Below are positions 9,504 to 19,661 of a stretch of 51,346 bases of DNA, piece by piece. The DNA comes from a virus. Its lineage: Duplodnaviria > Caudoviricetes. Each line of letters starts with the position of its first letter. Position 1 is the first letter of the stretch. Under the pieces are notes generated by a model. The model saw only the letters and a program-made list of their open reading frames with translations. It was not told the origin of the DNA and did no database searches. The stretch lies in the IMG/VR virus record IMGVR_UViG_3300006428_000046, positions 1 to 51,346 of that record. One strand, given 5' to 3'. The position numbers and the translations under genes were made by a program.

Positions 9504-9953
9504 TTATTCCGAACGGTTGAAATAGTTCACCGGAAGGTCTTTGAACCGTTCATTGTCAGACTTTTTGATCTTGGAAATAAGCTGTGCTTCGTCTATGATG
9601 TATTCCCCGAAGACCTTCATTGCGTTGTCAATCCATGGGCAGTTTTCAGGATTTTGAAGAATTGCATCATAGAGCAAAGTCAGCTTGGGACTGAGATTTT
9701 GGAGAGCAATGTTAGCGTTGAGCAAGTGATCTCTCCGCATCTGAGCTTCGTGCTGATCTCTCGGAAAGATGTTGTTTGCTGCTCTGACTTCTTCATGAAC
9801 GGTAGAAGCCAACTCGAAAATCCGAGAGGTCAACAACGGCATATACCGTTTCGGAGCTTTGGTGCAAATCGAAAACACATGAATTTCTAACTTCCTTGCT
9901 GTTTCAACGAACTGCATGGAACTTTCTCCACGCATGGACTTGACAACGGACAT
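9504..9953 (-). CDS. avd: DGR accessory variability determinant (Avd-like four-helix bundle)
   Basis: 149 aa helical protein between the target gene and TR; canonical target-avd-TR-RT order. Confidence 0.8.
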   Translation of the reverse strand: MSVVKSMRGESSMQFVETARKLEIHVFSICTKAPKRYMPLLTSRIFELASTVHEEVRAANNIFPRDQHEAQMRRDHLLNANIALQNLSPKLTLLYDAILQNPENCPWIDNAMKVFGEYIIDEAQLISKIKKSDNERFKDLPVNYFNRSE

Positions 9954-9968
9954 ATTATTACTCTCCTA

Positions 9969-9989
9969 CGCACCCCATTGAGGGGTGCG
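9969..9989 (-). promoter_or_regulatory. DGR target-recognition hairpin downstream of VR1
   Basis: CGCACCCC-ATTGA-GGGGTGCG, 17 nt past the target stop codon. Confidence 0.75.
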
Positions 9990-10006
9990 ATTTATTTGAT
10001 ACAGGA

Positions 10007-11146
10007 TTAAACGCAGAAGCCGAAGGAGACACCAAACGAGTAGCTGGCGGAGTTACCGGAAGCGTCGCCGTTGCTGTTGACACCACAGAAGGAGGTAGGG
10101 TTGCTGCCGTACGGAGAACGCTCCCACCAGTAGTACGCAGAGCCATTTACCGTTTTGATCTTACTGTTTCCGGCCTTGTAGTAATCGTACTGTGTACCTT
10201 CACCGGCCTTGGAATAAGTAACGGCTCCGAAAACCTCAATCTCGGACAACAGGAACAGTTTATCAGCAGTCGTATTGATCGTTGAAGACTGAGAGCCAGC
10301 CGATGTGAGCTTGTTTACCTGTTTGATAGCACTCTGCAAGATGGACGGAAGCTGAGTCAGGAGTGTTGCCATCGTAGTTCCTCTCATGACGCTGCTTGTC
10401 CAACCTCCACTGTTAGTATCAGAACTGTTCATGGGATAGGTCGTAGCAAGGCAATTCTGCAACTGGAATGTGATACCGGCCTTGCCACCGGCAGTCTTGG
10501 TGTCATGGTCAAAACCGAGAATGACCGCCGTATAGGTGACGCTGTTTACAGTCAGAGTTTTGGTATCTCCGACATTCCACAGCATCGAAGCTAATCCTGC
10601 TTCGGACACGGACGCTACGACAGACCAACTCAAACTTTCGAGAGAAGCTAAAGCGGTATAGAAAACAGCGATAGCATCAATCGTGAATGTCTTTGTGACG
10701 GTAGAACCGCCAATCGTTGCACTCAGCGTCCAATTTCCAAAAGCTGCCGGATATAGAATCGCCCATCCATCAGAACCCGCCGTTGCGGTTAAGGTTTTTG
10801 TGCCAAAGGTTGCCGTTACAACAATGCCGCTTCCCGCCAGCACATGAAGCTCTGCCGGTTGAGTTTTCTGAGAAAGGGCATAAATCGCATTGTTTACCGT
10901 GGGGTCAGTCTGCGACAATTCCAAGGCCGTTTTCGTGGTATCGTCCAGAAGATTGTTTTTGTTCTGAGCGGTACCGATTACGTCACAGCCGATGTTGTCA
11001 CCGGTTGTCGCAGTATTCAGAGCAATGTCCAAATACGCTTCACCGGCAAGAAGCTGAGTGCGCCACGCATCGAACGTGGACGGCATATCACTCGGAGCCA
11101 TAATGACTCTTGACTTACCGTTTCCCTTGATTACTGTGTCTTTCAT
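10007..11146 (-). CDS. DGR target 1, putative tail-tip/receptor-binding protein with C-terminal DUF6273-like (CLec-fold) domain
   Basis: Last gene of the tail module; C-terminus encoded by VR1 (WWERSP...GVSFGFCV). Confidence 0.88.
   Translation of the reverse strand: MKDTVIKGNGKSRVIMAPSDMPSTFDAWRTQLLAGEAYLDIALNTATTGDNIGCDVIGTAQNKNNLLDDTTKTALELSQTDPTVNNAIYALSQKTQPAELHVLAGSGIVVTATFGTKTLTATAGSDGWAILYPAAFGNWTLSATIGGSTVTKTFTIDAIAVFYTALASLESLSWSVVASVSEAGLASMLWNVGDTKTLTVNSVTYTAVILGFDHDTKTAGGKAGITFQLQNCLATTYPMNSSDTNSGGWTSSVMRGTTMATLLTQLPSILQSAIKQVNKLTSAGSQSSTINTTADKLFLLSEIEVFGAVTYSKAGEGTQYDYYKAGNSKIKTVNGSAYYWWERSPYGSNPTSFCGVNSNGDASGNSASYSFGVSFGFCV
10016..10143 (-). repeat. Variable repeat VR1
   Basis: 19 mismatches to TR over 128 nt, all at TR adenines (hand alignment, offset 670). 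Confidence 0.95.
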
Positions 11147-11158
11147 TTCATATCCTCC

Positions 11159-11650
11159 TTATTCTCCGCAGTAGTACATACCAGCGTAAGCGAAAGTCAC
11201 GGTTGCCCTGCTGATACGATCATCAATCACAGCAAGCAACTCTTCAATATCGTTGGCAGTCTCGTAGGTCATAGAGTCCAACGATATAGGAACCGCTGGC
11301 GCATCATCTGGCAATGAGAGCTTCGCTCGTAGCTTGGTCAGATTGGTAAGAAGAGCTGAGATTTGAGATTGCGTGGGAACGTCACCCATGACCCAATCTG
11401 TTTTCGGAACAATGGTGTCATCATAGATCGCCAGCTCTTCCATGCGTTCAACCAGATAAGCGATTGCTTCTCCTATACGGTTCAGGTCTGTGTAATTGTA
11501 AGCACCCTTCATACCGGCAAGGTATTCTGCCAATTCCTCAGCGGTAAGGCTCGAAAGTCCTTCCGTGAGGATTTTGGTTTTCAATGTAAATACACGGTCT
11601 ACATCGGCTTGGGTGCGGTCATAAATCAGAGTGTCAATGACTGTACTCAT
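11159..11650 (-). CDS. Putative tail/baseplate protein
   Basis: Position in the tail module; LIYDRT..KGAYNYTDLNR motif seen in Bacillota phage tail genes. Confidence 0.65.
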   Translation of the reverse strand: MSTVIDTLIYDRTQADVDRVFTLKTKILTEGLSSLTAEELAEYLAGMKGAYNYTDLNRIGEAIAYLVERMEELAIYDDTIVPKTDWVMGDVPTQSQISALLTNLTKLRAKLSLPDDAPAVPISLDSMTYETANDIEELLAVIDDRISRATVTFAYAGMYYCGE

Positions 11651-13896
11651 ATCAATCCTTTCACCTTCATCTTTCCGCTCAGAGAGCCGTTGAATGTGAT
11701 CTCGTCCACCAAGATCAATGCGTCCATTTCATCGGTATACTGAGTCTGTAAACCGATAATGTCACCCACTTCCATTTCGGGGTTTCCACGGTAAGCTGCT
11801 TCGTAGGTATTACGCATCTGCAAATAGGTAATCACATGAGAAGCGAGAGCTGTACACATCGTTTCATCAGTGATAAGGGGATTTTCCTCCTTGTCGATCT
11901 CGCCGCTCGTACTCACTGGATAGGAAACGACCACTGAGTTTTCTGACAGCGATTTTCCGGTAATAACAACGGTCTTAGTGCCGGAGGATAACACCAAGTC
12001 TGCTGCTCTGGCGAAGATTTCAGAAGAAACCAGTGTGCCGCCAGTTACCGAAATTTGAACATCTTGTGCAAGACCAGAGAACTCAACATGAAGCTGAGTC
12101 TCAGTGGTCGTTCCCTCAAATAGAGTCTGAGCGTCACTGTCTGCTGCGTAAGAATATCGAGCAACAGTAACCGTTTTGAGCTGGTCAATCTTCGAGAGTG
12201 TCTGACCGTTCTGAGAAATGGAAGAGAAGTCCAATGTGAAATCGGTTTCTCTATAATAGACCTTTCCAATACGCATTTTTCGATAAGGAAGACCACCATA
12301 CATCGTGACTTCGATTTTGGTACAGTCAACGGCAAGGTTGCTATTCACAAAAACCTCTGCCGAAGTAATGCCGGTGACAGTCTGCGTATCGAGAAGATCA
12401 GTTCCGTTGTAATATTTCACCTGAATAGAAGTGGGGTACTCGTCCAACGGAGTATCGAAACGAATTGCCAAAACAGGCAGATCATGAGAAACATCGAAGG
12501 TTTTTGTGAACACAGGATTAGTTGTAAAAGTTCCGCTACTGCCTGTCATTTCATCACTGACATAACCTCTACCGGAAGGGTTCGTATCAGCAATGATGAT
12601 TTGATTTCCACCATCCAATGTCCACCGGTTCAATTCTAAGGTAGCATAGGTGTTTCCAACGGTGTTGCCCTTGTCCACGGTTTCCCACTCGCTGAACCAC
12701 TCGTGACCGTTATCGTCCCAAGTACCGCTATAAATACCGATCACTGTAACCCCGAAAGGTTTAATGTGAATGATATTGTCATCGTCAGTGAAAAGGCGGC
12801 AGCGGCAAGCGTGAGCGATTAGCTGTAGGCAATTCATGTGAGTCCCAATGGGTAAAACTGCGGTGGTGTACATAGCTGCCAGAGAATCATCAATTTCCCA
12901 CGGATTTGTGCCTAATTCCGTTGGAGTCAGATCAGCGTCTTCCAGTACCTCTACTGCCATGTCATAGAAACTCTTGGAGCCAAGCTTGCTCTTATAGAAA
13001 GTTCCGGTAAGACTGCCAATCAAACCTGTAGCGTTGAAAGTGGCCTGATTATTTTTCGCCGTAGGTTTTGCGTTCAGAACATACTTGTCTGGTTTAAGCC
13101 ACTCAATCGTACCGTCAGGTAGTTCATAACCAAATTGGATTGATACCGGAGAATGACCATCCACATAGGTATAAACACCAGAAGGATTATCAGGGTCATA
13201 ATTGTGTTCATAATCCAGAATGGTAAATTGTATGGTTTCTGTCGGAAGTCTACGGCTGAGAGGGTCAACATCGTGAGATTGTTTTGTGCTGATAACATTT
13301 CCGTTGACAAACACTTTTGTTACACCGTAAAGAACCTTTTGCAGTCGAGGTTTACGGTACGGAAGGGTTGAACCAAAGCTGATTGATACTTTGTCAATAT
13401 TGGACGCTTTAGTATTGATAACCGCTTCTGTTCCTGTGACTTCAACAACCTGAGTGTCTTTCACGGTTCCATCTTGATAAAACTCGGCTGTAACCGTGAC
13501 AGGCCATTCGTTTTCACGAGTATCGAAAGTCAACGTCAATCCTGCAAAATTGTGTTCGGAAGTAAATTCCCTTGTCATGAGAGCCGAAGTATCGAAATTA
13601 CCGTTCGCATCACTCATGATACTGGAAACAAAACCGTCCAGCTTTTCAACAGGGGGAACGATTATGGTATTTCCGTCTAACGCCCAACGGTTTAGTTCGA
13701 GAGCGGCGTAGGTATTGCCGTAATCGTAATCATAGTCAATAGTGCTGAACTCAGAATAGCTCTGCTCACCATTACTCACCCACTCACCATCGGAAGGAGC
13801 GGTAGTATCGACATTGCTAAATGCAATTTTGATGTAAGAGCGGTTGCGGAGCATAGCTTTCATGCTCAGTTTGTAAGCGTTGCTTACAGATTTCAT
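11647..13896 (-). CDS. Large tail-tip/hub protein with internal domain duplication
   Basis: Follows the distal tail gene; YRGNPEMEVGD C-terminus; start moved to ATG 13896 after AGGAGG. Confidence 0.75.
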   Translation of the reverse strand: MKSVSNAYKLSMKAMLRNRSYIKIAFSNVDTTAPSDGEWVSNGEQSYSEFSTIDYDYDYGNTYAALELNRWALDGNTIIVPPVEKLDGFVSSIMSDANGNFDTSALMTREFTSEHNFAGLTLTFDTRENEWPVTVTAEFYQDGTVKDTQVVEVTGTEAVINTKASNIDKVSISFGSTLPYRKPRLQKVLYGVTKVFVNGNVISTKQSHDVDPLSRRLPTETIQFTILDYEHNYDPDNPSGVYTYVDGHSPVSIQFGYELPDGTIEWLKPDKYVLNAKPTAKNNQATFNATGLIGSLTGTFYKSKLGSKSFYDMAVEVLEDADLTPTELGTNPWEIDDSLAAMYTTAVLPIGTHMNCLQLIAHACRCRLFTDDDNIIHIKPFGVTVIGIYSGTWDDNGHEWFSEWETVDKGNTVGNTYATLELNRWTLDGGNQIIIADTNPSGRGYVSDEMTGSSGTFTTNPVFTKTFDVSHDLPVLAIRFDTPLDEYPTSIQVKYYNGTDLLDTQTVTGITSAEVFVNSNLAVDCTKIEVTMYGGLPYRKMRIGKVYYRETDFTLDFSSISQNGQTLSKIDQLKTVTVARYSYAADSDAQTLFEGTTTETQLHVEFSGLAQDVQISVTGGTLVSSEIFARAADLVLSSGTKTVVITGKSLSENSVVVSYPVSTSGEIDKEENPLITDETMCTALASHVITYLQMRNTYEAAYRGNPEMEVGDIIGLQTQYTDEMDALILVDEITFNGSLSGKMKVKGLI

Positions 13897-13907
13897 GCTC
13901 CACCTCC

Positions 13908-14291
13908 TTAGAACGGTTCGCCACAATCAATCAGGTTGACTTTGCAATTGATGTAGTCCAGAGGAAGCCCGGTATCATCATCCAAATGAAGCGGAGTAGC
14001 CGTTCTATCGCCGGGGTACATCTTTCGTGTAGTCCATTTATTTTCCACCATATCGGGATAACTGACCGTGGCATAGAAATTTGAAAACTCTTTGAGGATA
14101 GCCGACCATTGTGCAGCAGTCAGATAACCCCATTCAAGACCATTGATTTTTTGCTGTTCACGCCCTACGACCTGACCGACCATTACGGCATTGCTGTTTC
14201 GAGCCGAATCAACAATGGTAGCAACCATCAGGTCTAACCCCCTGCGGGGTTGAGGGTATGTGTGACCGTTGATTTTAATAAAAGCGTTCAT
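13908..14291 (-). CDS. Distal tail protein-like
   Basis: Immediately after the tape measure; SARN and MYPGDR motifs. Confidence 0.7.
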   Translation of the reverse strand: MNAFIKINGHTYPQPRRGLDLMVATIVDSARNSNAVMVGQVVGREQQKINGLEWGYLTAAQWSAILKEFSNFYATVSYPDMVENKWTTRKMYPGDRTATPLHLDDDTGLPLDYINCKVNLIDCGEPF

Positions 14292-14303
14292 ACCCTCACC
14301 CCC

Positions 14304-17300
14304 TTAGTAGGCATTAGCAAAGGCACCGCTGTTCACTCTGGCACCTCTACTGGTATTGTACCGATCATAAGAACGTCCAACCACATCGTCACCAATGCTG
14401 AGAGACATATCCTTGCTCTCCACTACATTCAGCAATGCGTAAATGGCAGCAATCACGCCGTCATTGGCTACTGTAACGCCAGCGGAAATACCTTCAACAA
14501 TCTGGTCATTGTTGGCAACTGCGGCTCTTCTGCCAATTCCACCAACCATCTCGGCACCAGCTTCACGAGCGATAAAGAGCTGACCTTCATCTACAAAGCC
14601 GCCGTCTGCGAATGTAGGAATTGAGATGTGACCGATTACTTCAATCGCAGTTCCACCAAAAAAGGTGATGACTGAATTTACTTTTCCGATCACCCAATTG
14701 ATACCGTCAATGATACCGTTCACAAATCCGGTAAATACCCCGATTGCTCCATTCACGAAACCCTTCCATAATTTGCTGACAGCATCGAGCATAAGACCGA
14801 TTTTTTCAGCGAAGAAATCCCAATTCAGAGCCACGCCGGAAGCCAGACTTGCGGCACCGGCAACTAAAAGTCCGATACCAAGAGGAATACCCACGCCTGT
14901 ACAGATCAGGATAAGACCGAGAGCGATTAAGGCACCGCCAGCGGCAATACCGATGTTCTTCAAAACCTCCTTGACCTTGTTTAGTACCGAGTTCCAATTG
15001 AGAGCCGCCGAAGCCGCCAAGGACACAGCACCAGCCGCCATGAGTGCGATACCAAGAGGAAGGTTCACGCCGCTGAAAGTGAGCAAGGCACCAACCGCCA
15101 GCATTGCACCGCCGATGATAGCCGTTAACGTACTCAGGATTGCGGAAATTTTGTCAGTGGTGCTATCCCAATTGAGCATTGCGGAGGTGATTAGGCCAAC
15201 CGCACCAGCAACCAAGAAAGCGATACCCAAGGGAAGACTTACACCTGTGAATACGAACAATGCACCGAGAGCAAGTAACGCACCGCCGACCATTCCGCTA
15301 AGAGTTCCGAGAACTCTACTCATGGTGTCGTTGGTACTGTCCCAATTCAAAGCTGCTGCCGACATGATGGATACGGCACCGGCAACCAAAAAAGCGATAC
15401 CGAGAGGTACATTGACTCCGCTGAATACGAACAAACCACCCAAGGCCAGTAATGCACCGCCTACTATCCCTTCGAGGGTAGCAATTGCATCTCTAAAATG
15501 ATCGTCACTTGCGTGCCAGTTGACGGCTACCGCCGATACGAGGTTTGCAGCACCAATGACCATCAAGGCAATACCAAGAGGGACGTTAGCTCCACTGAAT
15601 GCCAGAACAGCACCGAGTCCTAAGAAGAAACCAGACAAGATACCTTCGATTGTTGCGAGGGTACTGGCGAGTTGTCCGCTCATGCCCTCCCAATTTGTTA
15701 CGGTAGCTGATACGATGGTAGCTGCTCCGAGAGCCATCATAGCAATGCCGAGAGGAATGTTGGCACCACTCAGAGCGAGAATTGCACCAACACCGAGCAT
15801 AAACCCACCGCATACCGTTTGAATTTCACCAAGGCTATCTTCGATCATCTTTTTGATTTCTGCGGTTTTTGTGGCAACTGCATCTCCGATGAAGTCATAC
15901 TCAGGAAGTTCAAAATCGAAACCACTTCCACCAGCACCGGCAGAGCTGCTACCACTGGAAGAGTCAGGCGAAAAAATGTTCAGTTCATCGAAGCCAGCCG
16001 TATACTGCTTTAATTTCTTGGCGGCACCGGCAGCATCTTCCAGTCCATCAGCAGTAGAACCGGCACTTGAACTGAGAGAATCAAGGCCAGAATAGTCAAT
16101 TTCGGTAAGAGTGAAACCGACCAGAGAGCCGAGAGCATTAGCAAGATCACGGATGACCTGAATTACCGCAATAGCATACGGCAGGATTGCGTTCAGCATG
16201 GGAATAAACACGTTGCCGATTGCACGAGCGCATTGCGTAAACTGAGCTTGCAGAATACGAAGCTGGTTGGCAGGAGACTCCAAGGTTCTCGCTAAATCTC
16301 CCTGAGCGGTTGTGACCTGATTCATGATTGCGTAATAACGAAGTTCAGCCTTTTCAGCCTGAGTCATAGAAGAAACACTTTTATCAATACCGAGTGATAG
16401 AGCGGTTGCTTCCAACCGTGCCTGTGACAAATCGTAACCGAGTCTACGAAGCGGCTCCAACTCACCAGAGATACCGGACTGTAATTTCTGCATTGCGTCT
16501 TCCACTGAAATGTTGAAGAAAGAAGACAGGTCATAGCCGAGTTGTGTCAGATTCTTGCTCATGAGTGCTGCTCGATCAGCGGTATCACCGAAGCCAGTTA
16601 ATAGAGTGTTGAAAACGCCTTGATTTCGGAGCCAGTCAGAAGGGTCAATGCCTAAGACTTCACTGACATTTTCTGCATATTTCTGAGCCTGTGCCGCATA
16701 TTCGCCCAAAGACACAGTAAACAGGTTCAAGTTCTCCTGATATTTATTGGACTCCGTGATTGCCGAAGCAATCAATGTAGAAACCCTTCTCAAACCGTAA
16801 AGGAAAGCGGAAAACTTGATACTTCCCATGAGAGAACCAAACTTGCTTGTAGTTGTGCTTGCCTTACCCAAGGATGAATTGTATTTATCTGTGCTGGTAA
16901 TAAGCTTCTGAATTTTAGAGGGAAAAGCGGAAAAGCCACTGGAAACTTTCTGCATTTCATCAGCAAACGGTTTCATTGCGGCAGCAAGTTTGGTCATTTG
17001 CTGAGTGAATTTGTCAATGTTGGCTTTTTCCAACTGCTCAATGACGGTAGGTAATTTCCCAAGCTGATTGATAAAGGTGGTAAGGTTTGCTTTGCCGAGT
17101 TCAGACAACGGCTGTAAACCTTGTGCCAAAGCCGAGATTTTATCACCGTCAGTCCATTTGATATTAGAAAGAGCGGTGCTGATTGCGGTAATCTGATTGG
17201 GAATGGAACTGGACAATTTGACAGAGCCAACCTGACTCAGTGTTTGCAAACCATGAGCCAAAGTGGAAATCTTCTGAACATTGTCGCTACTCAGACCGGA

Positions 17301-17480
17301 CAGAGCCGTATTCAGAGCTTTGATTTGATTTGCTGTAGTACGAATACCGGTTACACCACCGGCAGTTGCGGTTTTCAATCTTTCCAGAGTAGAAGCCAGC
17401 TTATCAAGACCGGCTACCGCCGTGGTGCTATCCCCCTGAATTTGAAATTCCAAACCCTGAATTTCCACATTATCAGCCAT
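14304..17480 (-). CDS. Tape measure protein
   Basis: 1058 aa, Ala/Gly-rich helical, periodic NxPLGIA...NW repeats; follows the tail chaperones. Confidence 0.92.
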   Translation of the reverse strand: MADNVEIQGLEFQIQGDSTTAVAGLDKLASTLERLKTATAGGVTGIRTTANQIKALNTALSGLSSDNVQKISTLAHGLQTLSQVGSVKLSSSIPNQITAISTALSNIKWTDGDKISALAQGLQPLSELGKANLTTFINQLGKLPTVIEQLEKANIDKFTQQMTKLAAAMKPFADEMQKVSSGFSAFPSKIQKLITSTDKYNSSLGKASTTTSKFGSLMGSIKFSAFLYGLRRVSTLIASAITESNKYQENLNLFTVSLGEYAAQAQKYAENVSEVLGIDPSDWLRNQGVFNTLLTGFGDTADRAALMSKNLTQLGYDLSSFFNISVEDAMQKLQSGISGELEPLRRLGYDLSQARLEATALSLGIDKSVSSMTQAEKAELRYYAIMNQVTTAQGDLARTLESPANQLRILQAQFTQCARAIGNVFIPMLNAILPYAIAVIQVIRDLANALGSLVGFTLTEIDYSGLDSLSSSAGSTADGLEDAAGAAKKLKQYTAGFDELNIFSPDSSSGSSSAGAGGSGFDFELPEYDFIGDAVATKTAEIKKMIEDSLGEIQTVCGGFMLGVGAILALSGANIPLGIAMMALGAATIVSATVTNWEGMSGQLASTLATIEGILSGFFLGLGAVLAFSGANVPLGIALMVIGAANLVSAVAVNWHASDDHFRDAIATLEGIVGGALLALGGLFVFSGVNVPLGIAFLVAGAVSIMSAAALNWDSTNDTMSRVLGTLSGMVGGALLALGALFVFTGVSLPLGIAFLVAGAVGLITSAMLNWDSTTDKISAILSTLTAIIGGAMLAVGALLTFSGVNLPLGIALMAAGAVSLAASAALNWNSVLNKVKEVLKNIGIAAGGALIALGLILICTGVGIPLGIGLLVAGAASLASGVALNWDFFAEKIGLMLDAVSKLWKGFVNGAIGVFTGFVNGIIDGINWVIGKVNSVITFFGGTAIEVIGHISIPTFADGGFVDEGQLFIAREAGAEMVGGIGRRAAVANNDQIVEGISAGVTVANDGVIAAIYALLNVVESKDMSLSIGDDVVGRSYDRYNTSRGARVNSGAFANAY

Positions 17481-17844
17481 TCACGCCACCACCTTTCTTT
17501 TGAAACTTTTGGTTATACGCCATAGCGAAAGCTTCCATGAAGACCTTCGCTCGATCATCACTCTTCTGCTCCACTTTCTCTTGTTTTTCTTTATCCTGTC
17601 GCATATTCAGATCATAAGGCTCTTTTCGATACGGAGTGGCCTTAGTACCCTTTTTAGCAAAAGCATGAAAGATGGGAGCAACATCGACCAGTGCTTCATA
17701 CACATACAAGCCTTGCAACCAAGAGTCCTGATTACGGAGGTCTTGTTTGATTTGCGCCGCCTTACGGAAATATTTAACCAAATCACAATCCTGTTCCCAA
17801 AACTGTTCAGGGGTCATTCCAATCGCAAGGTAGTACGGAAACAC
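17473..17844 (-). CDS. Tail assembly chaperone, frameshift extension (gpT-like)
   Basis: IGMTPEQFW motif; frame open back to the slippery site at 17952-17958. Confidence 0.8.
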   Translation of the reverse strand: MFPYYLAIGMTPEQFWEQDCDLVKYFRKAAQIKQDLRNQDSWLQGLYVYEALVDVAPIFHAFAKKGTKATPYRKEPYDLNMRQDKEKQEKVEQKSDDRAKVFMEAFAMAYNQKFQKKGGGVNG

Positions 17845-17927
17845 TTCATAAAATTTGTTGGTGTAAGCAAGATGGGGAGTGGGGCGTTGATCGCCGCCAC
17901 CCCCCTCGAAATCGGACGGTGACTCGC

Positions 17928-18269
17928 TTACCAGTCTGCCGTCCAGCTCACGTTTCCCTCGGATTCCCCCTGCTCAGGTTCATCCAGAAGAGACATGATT
18001 GGGTCGTTATACATCTCCACCAATTTAGAGATAAGCTCGTCCTTCTTGGTCATACGAGCGTAAAGGTTCTCAATCACATCACGCTTTGCAAAGCGGTGAT
18101 GGGCGAGAAATGCACCGGCAAACAGGGCGGGGAGAAGAGTCATGGGTTTTTCGGTAACTTCCTGAGCTACGAATCCCTGCTTCTCCATCTGCTCAACGGT
18201 CTTGCGGGTATATTCCAGCGTGTAGGTATCTCCACTGGAAGGGTCTTTGATAACAAGCTGCTTTGCCAT
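17928..18269 (-). CDS. Tail assembly chaperone (gpG-like)
   Basis: Between the major tail and tape measure genes; slippery heptamer near its end. Confidence 0.82.
   Translation of the reverse strand: MAKQLVIKDPSSGDTYTLEYTRKTVEQMEKQGFVAQEVTEKPMTLLPALFAGAFLAHHRFAKRDVIENLYARMTKKDELISKLVEMYNDPIMSLLDEPEQGESEGNVSWTADW
17952..17958 (-). promoter_or_regulatory. -1 ribosomal frameshift heptamer G GGA AAC
   Basis: In-frame X XXY YYZ; the -1 frame reads RELDGRLVSES...KFYEVFPYYL without a stop into 17473..17844. Confidence 0.85.
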
Positions 18270-18301
18270 TATAATTTCCTCCTTATTATTCAGGCGTTAG
18301 A

Positions 18302-18727
18302 TTACGATGCTGCGAAAGTGATAGGCGTGGACGGAGCAATGGTGATGGTCATTCCCACAACCTCGTTTACGCTGCCGCCTGTCGGATAAACGGACAGTTC
18401 ACCATCAAAGGAAAACTTGCCGTTAGAGCCATCAGGCGTGACCACACCGGCACTCTCGGTTCCACCGAACCAAACAGCATAACTATTCTTAGCACCTTCC
18501 AGAGCTTTAAGGGTTTGAAACTGAGTCATGTCATAGTTTGAGGTGAAACTCAGGCCGTCAAGGGACTGAATACCGGAAATGTAGGTCTGCATCTTGTCAG
18601 ACAGGGTTGTAGTTTCCAACATCTCAGGCTCACCACCGAGATCAGGGAACTCTTTAATGTCGATCAGCTTTGACCAAGTTTCTGTTACCTTGTGCATCAG
18701 AAAAACCTTGTAGGTCGAAATTGCCAT
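18302..18727 (-). CDS. Major tail (tube) protein
   Basis: PDLGGEPEMLETTTL..YISGIQ motif; synteny. Confidence 0.88.
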   Translation of the reverse strand: MAISTYKVFLMHKVTETWSKLIDIKEFPDLGGEPEMLETTTLSDKMQTYISGIQSLDGLSFTSNYDMTQFQTLKALEGAKNSYAVWFGGTESAGVVTPDGSNGKFSFDGELSVYPTGGSVNEVVGMTITIAPSTPITFAAS

Positions 18728-18732
18728 TTCAG

Positions 18733-19134
18733 TTACCTCCTATAAAGTAATGTTCCGTCTGTCTCGGCTCGGTACCGAGCTGCCAGACGATAAATTGTTG
18801 CGTTCTCCAAATTAGGAACCGGAGAAAGAGAAATACGAGTGAAGTTTTGAGCATACATCAGATCGTCAATGACTTTCATAATGCTGCGGCATTCTGTTTT
18901 TTTGCCGGTACTCTTGTCTGAATACACGTTGACTTCATACATGATCGTGGCAAATCGTTCCTGATCGCCGGAGTCCAAGTGTTCAGAGGTAGTGTAGTTA
19001 TCCTGCTCTACCACACTCGCATAAGGGAAAGAAGAAGGAGCTTTGATATACTCGCCGCTTACTGTGATCGTGGGAAAAGCAGCTCGGAGAGCGGTTGCAA
19101 TCGGAGTGTAAATCTGACTTTCAATATCAATCAC
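18733..19134 (-). CDS. Tail terminator/completion protein
   Basis: SSFPY, YEVNVYS, RY C-terminus; position before the major tail gene. Confidence 0.75.
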   Translation of the reverse strand: MIDIESQIYTPIATALRAAFPTITVSGEYIKAPSSFPYASVVEQDNYTTSEHLDSGDQERFATIMYEVNVYSDKSTGKKTECRSIMKVIDDLMYAQNFTRISLSPVPNLENATIYRLAARYRAETDGTLLYRR

Positions 19135-19661
19135 TGACCGAACACCTCCCTAATCAGAGCTGGCAAACGACTTTTCAGCTCCTTTACCGTTTCATACATT
19201 GACATGTTTGCCGGATTGCCCTTCGTGATGACCAGTGAACCTTTGTCTGTCTCTTTCAGGACTTTCCCGTTGGTACCGGCTTCTCCGTAATAACCCCAAG
19301 AAGTCTGTTTTCCGTGGCCTTTTCCGTAACGACCTCGAATCATGCCGTTCTTAGCGGCTTCGGGGTGATTGTCTGGATAAGTCACGCCTGTACCAAACTC
19401 GATGAAGAGAACGGAAGAACCAACTGCCACAACAGCTCTGATCTTCTCGCTACGATTTTCAATAGATACTGCTGAATCGTTGACACCATCGTAAATTGCC
19501 TGAGAAAATTTTGCGGAAGCGATTTCAAACCCTTCCTGCGTCAACCTTTCAAGAAGAACGGTAGACCGCTCTTTGAGCCACTGTCTGTATTCAGCAACAG
19601 CATCAATGGCACCTTGAATGCCGGAAACCGAAAGAGGAATCTTAACCACTTTGTTTCTCAC
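19131..19661 (-). CDS. HK97 gp10-like neck protein
   Basis: FIEFGTG motif; synteny. Confidence 0.75.
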   Translation of the reverse strand: MRNKVVKIPLSVSGIQGAIDAVAEYRQWLKERSTVLLERLTQEGFEIASAKFSQAIYDGVNDSAVSIENRSEKIRAVVAVGSSVLFIEFGTGVTYPDNHPEAAKNGMIRGRYGKGHGKQTSWGYYGEAGTNGKVLKETDKGSLVITKGNPANMSMYETVKELKSRLPALIREVFGQ

